Shown here: piece after piece, positions 8,589 to 16,774 of the stretch
Layout: every line of letters begins with the position of its first letter
Numbering within the stretch: position 1 is the stretch's first letter
From: Octopus sinensis
Lineage: Eukaryota
DNA length: 16,774 nucleotides
Reading direction: 5' to 3'
NCBI RefSeq assembly: GCF_006345805.1
Contig: NW_021824950.1
Coordinates: 1 to 16,774, forward strand
Notes under the pieces: generated by a model
What the model was told of the DNA's origin: nothing
The model's database searches: none
What the model saw: only the letters and a program-made list of their open reading frames with translations
Program-made: the position numbers and the translations under genes

Positions 8589-8663
8589 ACACACACACAC
8601 ATTTCTATGTATATTTTATATATCAAGCCCAAGCGTGTTTATTACTTCATTTGCATCATTATT

Positions 8664-8707
<44 letters not shown>
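8559..8707. repeat. (CA)n at 8559-8601 and (CT)n at 8665-8707
   Basis: Read directly from the sequence. Confidence 0.9.
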
Positions 8708-8976
8708 CTTCTTTATAATATATCTTTTTAAAGTTGGTTATGGTAGCGTTAAGGTTATGCAAATAAGGCTCCTATTTCATTATGCCGGCTATCGTCGAAT
8801 GATACAGACTAATGAGACAGTTTTTTTGTGGGTTGCATCATGGCTATACCGATACCAGGGTGGAATTTATAAACATTTAATACATCACTACGCGCGTTTC
8901 CACAAATCTCGTGATTTTAACATCAGAGTTGATATCCTTGGGATTAAAACAGTATAGTCCGTATTATCCGTGGATA

Positions 8977-8995
8977 TCATCATCATTATCATCAC

Positions 8996-9035
<40 letters not shown>

Positions 9036-9071
9036 TCATCACCACCACCACCACCACCACCCACCACCATC
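8977..9071. repeat. compound (CAT)n(CAC)n microsatellite
   Basis: Read directly; gives the poly-S/H and poly-M/G ORFs. Confidence 0.95.
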
Positions 9072-9081
9072 ACAGACAGAC

Positions 9082-9236
9082 CGTGTGCGTGTTTGTGTGT
9101 GTGTCTGTGTTTGTCTCGGCAAAATAACCGACAAAATAAGTAATAGGCTTACAAAGACTACGTCCTGGGGTCGATTTGTTTGACTGAAGGAGGTGCTCCA
9201 GCATGGCCAAAGTCAAATGAGTGAAATAAAAGAATA
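9082..9236 (+). mobile_element. 3' part of a Ceph-like SINE with an RTE-like tail
   Basis: TCGGCAAAATAACCGACAAAATAAGTAATAGGCTT...CTGGGGTCGATTTGTTTGACT...GGAGGTGCTCCAGCATGGCC...GAAATAAAAGA resembles recalled cephalopod SINE 3' ends; it overlaps the fragment at 13041-13160. Confidence 0.65.
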
Positions 9237-9497
9237 TAAGTACACGTGCAAGGGAGATATCTATGTATCTTAAAGAATAGTTTTCGGAGATGATTTACAA
9301 GAAAGAAAAAAATGAGGCAGAGGAAGGTTTAAGTGAGGCCGCTGCCGTTAGAGAAGTGTAAAAGTACAAGCACAAACTATCTGCAAACATAGAATGTGAG
9401 TAACGGCATTACGCGTCTGAAATCACCTTCCCGCAGCTGGTTAATAACAGCGGTGGGTGGGTGCTTATGCGCATACCTATAGAAGGATACATATATT

Positions 9498-9676
9498 TTG
9501 CGTATATACACATACTTGCACCCCACACACACATACACACACATACAGATACACAACCATTCACCCAGCCGCACACACACACACACACACAACAACACAC
9601 ACACATCTCTCTCTCCTCTCTCTCTCTCTATATATATAATATATATATATATATATATCTATATATATATATATAT
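9498..9676. repeat. compound (CA)n(CT)n(TA)n microsatellite
   Basis: Read directly from the sequence. Confidence 0.9.
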
Positions 9677-10167
9677 TCGCCAAGCTACATGGCAGTCCAG
9701 AAAAAAGGACGAATGCTGCCGTTGATTAGCTCCAAGAGGCCATCGCCTCTAGCTAGCTATGTGACACACGAGCCTGTGTCCATTATAACCTTCGAACAGG
9801 GAATTGCCATGTTAGCTTGGCGATAACTATTAATAGTTAGTCTCCTTTAGAGAGACTTAAAAATATTAATATTTCTATTTTTGAAAACCAATGGATGTAT
9901 TCCACTGAATTTAGGTAAATAATCCTTCGAACAGACGGCCAGTAGCGACACCTGCCTGGTTCGGCTGCTCTACATTGATAAGGGGCAAATACCCTGAAAC
10001 TAGTCTGTACATGCCAGACCGGCAAGGGGAAGCGGCTGACCTCCCTTGTTCGAAGGTTATAATGGACACAGGTTCGTGTGTCACATAGCTAGCTAGAGAC
10101 GGCCTCTTGGATCCAATCAGCGGCAGTATTCGTCCTATTTTTCTGCACTGCCATGTTAGCTTGGCGA
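9677..10167. mobile_element. foldback/MITE-like element with ~126-bp terminal inverted repeats
   Basis: Arm 9677-9802 (TCGCCAAGCTACATGGCAG...CCTTCGAACAGGGA) is the reverse complement of 10042-10167, at roughly 90% identity by eye. No coding capacity. TA follows the right end. Confidence 0.85.
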
Positions 10168-10186
10168 TAACTATTAATATTTCTAT

Positions 10187-10458
10187 TATATATATATATA
10201 TATATATATATAAGGTCTTTGCATTGGGACCTTGAAGACTGCTTTAATGCTAGAAAGTATACTAATCCCTTAATATTTGATATTCAATATTTCATCTATT
10301 CAATAAGGCAATCAATACTTCATTTCATTTTACACTATATACTATTTACTATTTATACTATATATTCTATATTCTACATTAATATTATAAAGTATATAAA
10401 TAAAGCCATAAAAACCAGACAGAGTTGGAATTCCTTTGAATGATATATGTATGTGTAT

Positions 10459-10509
<51 letters not shown>

Positions 10510-10785
10510 AACATCACAACCACACATATATATATATATGGGAATTACGATGAGCACAATTATATATCAAACATATATATATAGATACACACACAGATGT
10601 ATATATAATATATATATATATATATGTGTGTATATATATCCATAACATACATATATATCCATCCAGGCATCCATCTATCCATCCATCCATCTATCCATCC
10701 ATCCATACATACATACATATACATACTATTATTATATATTATATATATATATATATCTATATATATATATATATATCTATATATG

Positions 10786-10822
<37 letters not shown>

Positions 10823-10890
10823 TATATATATATATATGTATATATTTGTGTCTGTATGTATACGTCATGGGCATATATAATTAATATATA
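10187..10890. repeat. TA-dominated microsatellite cluster (10187-10211, 10443-10890) including (CATC)n at about 10657-10705
   Basis: Read directly; a ~230-bp AT-rich unique spacer lies at 10212-10442. Confidence 0.9.
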
Positions 10891-11752
10891 GCCAGAAGTC
10901 CCTCTGTGCTAGTGGTCCTACAAAGGAATGGAGTCCTCTCCCCATTGGACAGTCAGAGGAATGCAAGTACTGCCGCTAGAAAAAGAAGGAAAGAACACGA
11001 GCACAAACATAAAGAAGGAAAAGGAAAAGTTGAAATAAACTAAAACCGAAACCCCAAACCACCAAACAAAAACAGAAAACTCAAATATGGAGGCTCCAAC
11101 GGAATCGAAAACCCTAGAGGAGAGAAGAAATTTGGAGTGAAATCAAGGACATGCAAATTTTACCTGCAGGGCAAATGTTGGCTTGGGGAAGAAGGTACAA
11201 ACTGCCGGTTTGTTCACCCGAGACCCCGCCAAAACTACAGGGGGCTTAAGGAGAAATACTTTCCCGAGGAAAGGCACCAATCACCGCAAAGAAAAACATG
11301 CAAAAGCTGTGCGCTCTTCAGATGTTATGCGCAAAGCAGCAGCTGAGCAAGTGTCTTTTTTGTGCATGGCGCAAAAGATTGACCTGACCACATCAAGCGC
11401 AAACAAGGAACCTTACCCACCACTGCGCAAGATGACCACAATCAAGAGACACAGGATGACCTACTCTAACGTCTGCACAGTCGTTATACCAATATTTTTA
11501 CTAAAGATTGGGGGCCTGTTGCATCACAACAACAAAAGTAAAGTTTTTTCCTGAATGACCTTGCTGCATGCAGTCAAGCCCTTTGAATATCACTCGTGGA
11601 AACTCATCGGAGCCCTGATACAGAGGATGCAGAAGTATACGTACCAAAATATACTATACTGCGAACAGACAGAAGGGTAAGGAACCATGGTGGAGTTGGT
11701 GTATACATCTGTGAAGACCTCATACCCCAGATCTTACTGTCATACTCAAATA
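10891..11752 (+). mobile_element. 5' fragment of a decayed APE-type non-LTR retrotransposon (CCCH zinc finger plus endonuclease N-terminus)
   Basis: 11152-11217 encodes CKFYLQGKCWLGEEGTNCRFVH (C-X7-C-X8-C-X3-H). 11492-11751 encodes IFLLKIGGL..NKSKV/LNDLAACSQAL*ISLVETHRSPDTEDAEVYVPKYTILRTDRRVRNHGGVGVYI..DL.PQILLSYSN, with the APE motifs ETH, R.DR and GGV..Y. It has a frameshift and a stop, and no reverse transcriptase (RT) follows. Confidence 0.85.
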
Positions 11753-12457
11753 TACAAACGAAGTGTAGATGCCAAAATATAGATATCTTTCTCGATACTA
11801 TGAAAATGTTGATGCGGTTTTCGGCAGTTCTGTACATTAATTCGTGTAGACACAACTGTTTTATGTTTGGTTGTAGAAAGTAAATGAATCTACATGGAAT
11901 CGAACCGAGATATGATAACCCAAGTAAGAGTTAGAGAGTGAATAAAGATAGATTTAGTTGAAGCGGGATGTTAGAATGAAGGCCGGAATTATTCATGAAT
12001 GTTCGGTATAAGAAGTGAGATGTCACGAGAGAGTTTCAAAATAGTTACCTGTAAAAGGCAAAGCATTCAATTACTGCATGGGATAAAAGATTACTTATGC
12101 AGAATAATATTTTTCTGGTGACAATAAAATTGAGTGGTTCGAAAATGAATGCACTATATGTCGGCAACGTAACATACTACTGATAGTGACAAGAAATAGG
12201 AAAAAAAAAAAGAAAAGAAAAATAGTGATATTCGAAAGTGGAACTGTCGTGTAAATATGATTTCATGAATTACTTGCTTTCTCTGCAGAGCATTAGAAAA
12301 GACTGATCCCCAAAGAGAACTGAATAAATTAAGTGGTGTTATCAGTATATGGTATTTTCCAGACAATCAGAGAAGTCCCTTGAATCTATTAATATACACG
12401 ACAAGGTGCATTCTTAATAATTGACTTGTTGATCTTGAGATTGTGATGTGTACCCCT

Positions 12458-12839
12458 GGAAGCACTCCGTCGGTTACGACGACGAGGGTTCCGGTTGATC
12501 CGAATCAACGGAACAGCCTGCTCGTGAAATTAACGTGTAAGTGGCTGAGCATTCCACAGACACGTGTACCCTTAACGTAGCTCTCGGGGATATTCAGCGT
12601 GACACAGAGTGACAAGGCCGGCCCTTTGAAATACAGGTACAACAGAAACAGGAAGTAAGAGTGAGAGAAAGTTGTGGTGGAAGAGTACAGCAGGGATAAC
12701 CACCATCCCTGCCGGAGCCTCGTGGAACTTTTAGGTGTTTTCGCTCAATAAACACTCACAACGCCCGGTCTGGGAATCGAAACCGCGATCCTATGACCGC
12801 GAGTCCGCTGCCCTAACCACTGGGCCATTGCGCCTCCAC
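12458..12839 (-). mobile_element. full-length tRNA(Arg)-derived SINE with a perfect 11-bp TSD
   Basis: Minus strand begins GTGGA-GGCGCAATGGCCCAGTGGTTAGGGC (A box), CTCGCGG loop (TCG), GGTTTCGATTCCC (B box). TGTGTACCCCT flanks it at 12447-12457 and 12840-12850. Confidence 0.92.
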
Positions 12840-13040
12840 TGTGTACCCCTAACATCCAGGCAACCAATATTATTTGGAAGTGCAATAGTATTTCCCTTTT
12901 TATTAAATTCTGTACGGATACCTGTATATTATATTAACTTTGATTTTAAAGTTTTTTTTTTCTGTCAGACAACTCTATCTTTATATACATGTATCTATCT
13001 GTGTATGCATGTATATATGTATGTAAAAGTGTATGTGTGT

Positions 13041-13160
13041 GTTTAACTTCCTACCACTTGACAACCAATGTTGGATTGTTTAAGAGTCTGTAACTGAGCA
13101 GTTCGGCAAAATAATATGATAAAATAAGCACCAGGTTAAAAGAGCGACTGGAATCCATTT
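13041..13160 (+). mobile_element. diverged internal fragment of the Ceph-like SINE
   Basis: CTTGACAACCAATGTTGG..GTAACTGAGCAGTTCGGCAAAATAATATGATAAAATAAGCACCAGG; shares TCGGCAAAATA..GA.AAAATAAG.A..AGG with 9116-9150. Confidence 0.6.
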
Positions 13161-13258
13161 TTTCTATTAGTCCTAAACCGCGGTGCTACGAATTAGCTGC
13201 AGCTTAATGACTGAACAATTACACAAATATCTACATCTGTCTGTCTGTCTCTCGCCTT

Positions 13259-13261
<3 letters not shown>

Positions 13262-13312
<51 letters not shown>
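13262..13312. repeat. (TA)n microsatellite
   Basis: Perfect run; left boundary of the hammerhead-bearing unit. Confidence 0.95.
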
Positions 13313-13314
<2 letters not shown>

Positions 13315-13375
13315 GATCGAATATTTCATGTGTTAACATGTACCTCCTTGCGACAATGTAAACTTTCATTTAATC

Positions 13376-13478
13376 AAGATGCTCTTGGCCTGACGAGTAG
13401 CCTGTGGTATACACCTTGCTAGGATATTAACCACTTCCGAGGTTCCGCTCGCTATGAAACACATGTAGCCCGGATCTT
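13376..13478 (+). ncRNA. type I hammerhead ribozyme (intact catalytic core)
   Basis: Stem I GGC (13387-89)/GCC (13468-70), extended by AAGAT (13376-80)/ATCTT (13474-78). Core CTGACGA at 13390-96. Stem II GTAGC (13397-401)/GCTAT (13451-55) with a 49-nt loop. GAAAC at 13456-60. Stem III AC/GT around the palindrome ACATGT. GUA triplet with predicted cleavage after A13467. Confidence 0.72.
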
Positions 13479-13500
13479 ATCTACTCCATTCCTTAACTCT

Positions 13501-13503
<3 letters not shown>

Positions 13504-13535
<32 letters not shown>
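13504..13535. repeat. (AT)n microsatellite
   Basis: Perfect run; right boundary of the hammerhead-bearing unit. Confidence 0.95.
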
Positions 13536-13538
<3 letters not shown>

Positions 13539-13539
<1 letters not shown>

Positions 13540-13836
13540 AAATCATAATAAGGACATTGAATAATGTCAGTCTGCTAGAAATAGACCCCAAATGGCCTAT
13601 AAACCACTTATATCCAAATTATTTTATAAATCTATTCTGTCTATTTTCCCCGCTTACAACTTTGTGGTTATTGGAGTAATAATCTAAGTGGTTTATCGGC
13701 CACTTCGAGTCTATTTCTAGCAGACTGACGTTATTCAATGCCCTTATTATAATTTTGAGACAAATTAACTATTCTGGCATTTTAGTATGCTGGCCACTGA
13801 TAAATAATTAAATAATGGCTTTATCCTAATTTATGT
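13539..13836. mobile_element. palindromic repeat element, copy 1 (72-bp inverted arms around a 74-bp spacer, plus an ~80-bp right extension)
   Basis: 13539-13610 matches the reverse complement of 13685-13756 at 65/72 positions. The left arm is cut by the (AT)n tract. Confidence 0.8.
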
Positions 13837-13855
13837 ATAAATATATATTAATCTA

Positions 13856-14118
13856 TTGTTATATTTCGGAATGGTCATTTTGCCGGTTTAGCCAATAAAA
13901 ACACACGCACTATATATTTGGTGTTATTTTGCTTCAGTGTTATTTACTTTTTACATTAATCTTAATCTTATTTCGGCCAGAGTTCTTTCGTCACACTCCA
14001 GTGACCGCATCAGTGGTCCTTTGTTTTCTTCTTTCTTATTTGTGTCTCTCCTTACTAACCGTCAGCCATTTTGTATTATTGGCTATATTGGCAAAATGAC
14101 CATTCCGAAATATAACGA
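13856..14118. mobile_element. MITE with ~41-bp TIRs and TA TSD (Tc1/mariner-type)
   Basis: GTTATATTTCGGAATGGTCATTTTGCCGGTTTAGCCAATAA (13858-13898) matches the reverse complement of 14076-14116 at 38/41, with the first 27 perfect. TA lies at 13854-55 and 14119-20. Confidence 0.88.
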
Positions 14119-14402
14119 TATCTGTTTCAACACACGACTTCACATAAAAAAATCTTGCACAACAAATACAAAAACGTACTATATATTAATCCACTTCTCT
14201 AAAATATTTACTGCAGAATTATTCTGAGTAAATAACCGCATGGTTGAAACAGACGCTTGGATTTTCACTCCGTGGATACGTACGAAATGGATGTATACTA
14301 CTCGTATTTGTACAAATGTATATTTGCGGTATATATATATATGTATTTCTCATTTATTTATGGCAGTTTTTCTTTGTCACTGATGAGCGGAAAAGGATTT
14401 AA

Positions 14403-14626
14403 TATCCAAATTATTTTAGCATATCCATTCAGTCTATTTTCCTCACCTACAACATTGTAGAAACTGGAATAATAGTCTAAGTGGTTTATAGGCCATTTGG
14501 GGGTCTATTTCTAGCAGACTGTCATTCTCAATGTCCTTATTGTCATATTAATATGAATTAACCATTATAGTATTTTAGTCTGCTGGCCACTGATAAATCA
14601 TTAAATAACTTTATCCTAATTTATGT
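14403..14626 (+). mobile_element. palindromic repeat element, copy 2 (spacer, right arm and extension only)
   Basis: Diverged direct repeat of 13611-13836, from TATCCAAATTATTTTA to TTTATCCTAATTTATGT. Confidence 0.8.
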
Positions 14627-14629
14627 TTA

Positions 14630-14630
<1 letters not shown>

Positions 14631-14675
<45 letters not shown>

Positions 14676-14696
14676 CATACACACACATGCATACAC
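14631..14696. repeat. (AC)n microsatellite
   Basis: Read directly from the sequence. Confidence 0.95.
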
Positions 14697-15060
14697 AAAT
14701 CTGCATACATCCTGCGTATCTTCCAATCTCCATCTTCATTCACTATCATTTATCACTCATTCTCTCAGCTACTCTTCCTGGTCTTTCATTCTGTCGCTCA
14801 CCTTCTCTCTACATCCTGCTGAAACCGGAACTGATGCCATTCGTCTTATCCATGTTAGCCTAATAAGATAATCTGTAATCTTTACATCCTCCATTTACTT
14901 AGCTTATTCACCTAGACGTTCACACACATCCCTTCACATCCACGCTCATATATCTTCATATGTATTTATTGATACGCATTTACTGTCTTACATAAATCTA
15001 CATCTTTCTCTTCCTCTCCACTGTCTTTCATTTCCTTCTGTCACCGTCTGCACACACAAA

Positions 15061-15064
<4 letters not shown>

Positions 15065-15137
<73 letters not shown>
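15065..15137. repeat. (AG)n microsatellite
   Basis: Perfect run. Confidence 0.95.
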
Positions 15138-15143
<6 letters not shown>

Positions 15144-15323
15144 CCACACACACACACATAATCTGTTGCTTGCGTTCAAATAGTTGATTTGGTTTCTCAA
15201 GTGACAGAACCATATGACATACATATTTTGTGAAAGGTGACATTCCAACACGTTTTCCTTGAAAATCACTCTGTGGAAAGTCGATTGCTACCATTTTAAT
15301 GTTAAAACTGAAAAGGGAAGAAA

Positions 15324-16529
15324 ATGGAAGAAAATTAAATACACTTTCGTAATTCGATGCTTTTATTTCCAGGAAGGTAAAAAAAAAAAGCTGTTCAGAG
15401 AGCAAAAAGATATGTTTTGTGATGCTGATGGTGGCATAGCTGAGCGAACTCTCCTTAAATGGATTGTTAAGTTTCAGACGGAAAATTTTGATCTGGACGT
15501 GCGTCGTTGAGCGAACGAAATAATCCTGGTCACACGACAAGAGGCATTGCAGAGAAACTCTACATATCTCGTATATGAGCGTTCCAAGACATCCCAAAAG
15601 GGAAACGTGGACCGTTATGAGGTTTGGATCTCTCATAATTTAATCGAAACAATTTAGTAGACGGTATTTTCATCTGTGTTTGTTAGCTCACACTGAACGA
15701 AAATGACCCATTTTTGAAAAGAACAATATCAGGTGATGTAAAATGGATTGTTTAAAACAATATGGAACAGAAAAGGTAGAAGCAATAGAAACGAACCACT
15801 TTTAATCCTTCTAAGAGCTGGTCAGTATCCGAAGCAGGTGATGCTTTATATCTGGTGAGATTGGAAGTGCATTGTGTATTAGGAACTCCTTGCAAAATGA
15901 CAGACATTGAATTCAGACAATTATCGTTCTCAGTTGGACCCATTAAAGGGAGCAATCGATGGAAAACATCCAGAATTGGCCAATCGGAATGGTGTCGTTT
16001 TCCTCCAGGACGACGCTGGTTCGTATGTTTCCTTCCTGACCTGGCAGAAATTGGCACAACATTCACCTGACTTTCTACCTTCGTAATTACCATTTATTTT
16101 GAGTTCTGCAAAATTCTCTTAATGAGAAGAACTTCAATTATTTGGAAGACTGTAAAAAACATTTAGAGAAGTTCCTGACCAAGAAAGATGCCAAACCCTG
16201 GGAGGTTGCTGTCATGAAACCGCCTCGAAGATGACGAAAGTTAGTGGAATATAAGGGGACATATACCTATTTCTTTATTACCCACAAGGGGCTAAACATA
16301 GAGGGGACAAACAAGGACAGACATAGGTATTAAGTCGATTACATCGACCCCAGTGCGTAACTGGTACTTAATTTATCGACCCCGAAAGGATGAAAGGCAA
16401 ATTCAACCTCGGCGGAATTTGAACTCACAACGTAATGACAAGCGAAATACCGTTGAGCATTTCGCCCGGCGTGCTAACGTTTCTGCCAGCTCTCCGCCTT
16501 CGTATAAGGGGACATATACCGTTGAATAA
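15324..16529 (+). pseudogene. decayed mariner (Mos1/mellifera-like DD34D) transposase, interrupted by a SINE
   Basis: Across frameshifts it reads MEEN*IHFRNSML..., KWIVKFQTENFDLD, NNPGHTTRGIAEKL, VWISHNL (15622; WVPHEL motif), SGDVKWI (15729; TGDEKW), QDDA (HQDNA), HSPDFLPS (YSPDLAPSD), LQNSLNEKNFN..EDCKKHLEKF, R*RKLVEYKGTYTVE* (stop at 16527-29). A degenerate 3' TIR candidate lies at about 16574-16600; the 5' TIR was not identified. Confidence 0.92.
16268..16502 (-). mobile_element. full-length young Meta-like tRNA SINE monomer with an 18-bp TSD
   Basis: Head GGCGGAGAGCTGGCAGAAACGTTAGCA at 16498, reading leftwards; tail ...GTAATAAAGAAATA. Perfect direct repeat TATAAGGGGACATATACC at 16250-16267 and 16503-16520. 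Confidence 0.93.
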
Positions 16530-16607
16530 AGCTATGTACAAGTAATGAAATAGTGTTATGAATTTTACTGGGAGAAACGGTGCGAACTTTGTTCCAATTC
16601 CACCCCT

Positions 16608-16718
16608 CCACACACACAGACACACGCAGATACACACATGGAGTTAAAACAAAAGTATATGTGTGTGTTAGCATACATATGTATATGTATATATTTTTGT
16701 ACATATATTTATATATAG
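16608..16718. repeat. imperfect CA and TA/TG low-complexity tracts
   Basis: Read directly from the sequence. Confidence 0.75.
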
Positions 16719-16774
16719 TGCTCTAGATAATCTTTTAGTGTAATTAGTTTTGTTCTCCTCAAACCAGTCTTGTA

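Noticed and set aside
8700-8957. Non-repetitive C-terminal part of the 146-aa ORF at 8517-8957 as an exon
   Set aside because: No recognisable domain, the ORF starts within a mariner TIR and runs through two microsatellites, and there are no convincing splice boundaries.
14380-14412. CTGATGAGCGGAAA as a hammerhead core
   Set aside because: No pairing between the base after A9 and the base before GAAA, and no stem III/UH/stem I arrangement. CTGAAGA at 6201 and on the minus strand near 11320 also lack a downstream GAAA in context.
6612-14517. Recurring CTGCTAGAAATA 12-mer (6612, 13572, 13712, 14506; partial at 7253) as a regulatory motif
   Set aside because: Three hits are copies of one repeat family and the others lie in another dispersed repeat. 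Shorter GCTAGAAA hits (10248, 10975) are expected in AT-rich DNA.
153-16704. The listed ORFs as host protein-coding genes
   Set aside because: Most are homopolymeric or dipeptide translations of microsatellites (YI, HT, CV, SL, poly-S/L/V/H). The rest are off-frame or antisense reads of SINEs, mariner or the LINE. Only 11137-11346, the end of 11183-11554 and the start of 11596-11883 carry real, transposon-derived motifs.

Overview
Gene-poor, AT-rich eukaryotic DNA, very probably from an octopod cephalopod. That assignment rests on recalled octopus repeat families, not a database search. I can support no intact host gene: almost all ORFs in the track are read through microsatellites or decayed transposons. 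The window contains many simple and compound microsatellites; at least four tRNA-SINE families; a decayed near-full-length mariner and a second mariner mini-element; two or three inverted-repeat (MITE/foldback) elements; and a 5' fragment of an APE-type LINE with a CCCH zinc finger. Two observations stand out. (1) A 191-bp unit between two (TA)n tracts (13313-13503) carries a complete type I hammerhead ribozyme core, as in retrozymes or Penelope-like elements, and two more degenerate hammerhead-like motifs lie near 610 and 2330. (2) One SINE family occurs as head-to-tail multimers, each bounded by a single 18-19 bp target-site duplication (TSD). These have a recurrent junction that maps to the loop edge of a hairpin in the tRNA-like head, which suggests concatemeric, template-jumping or circular RNA intermediates.
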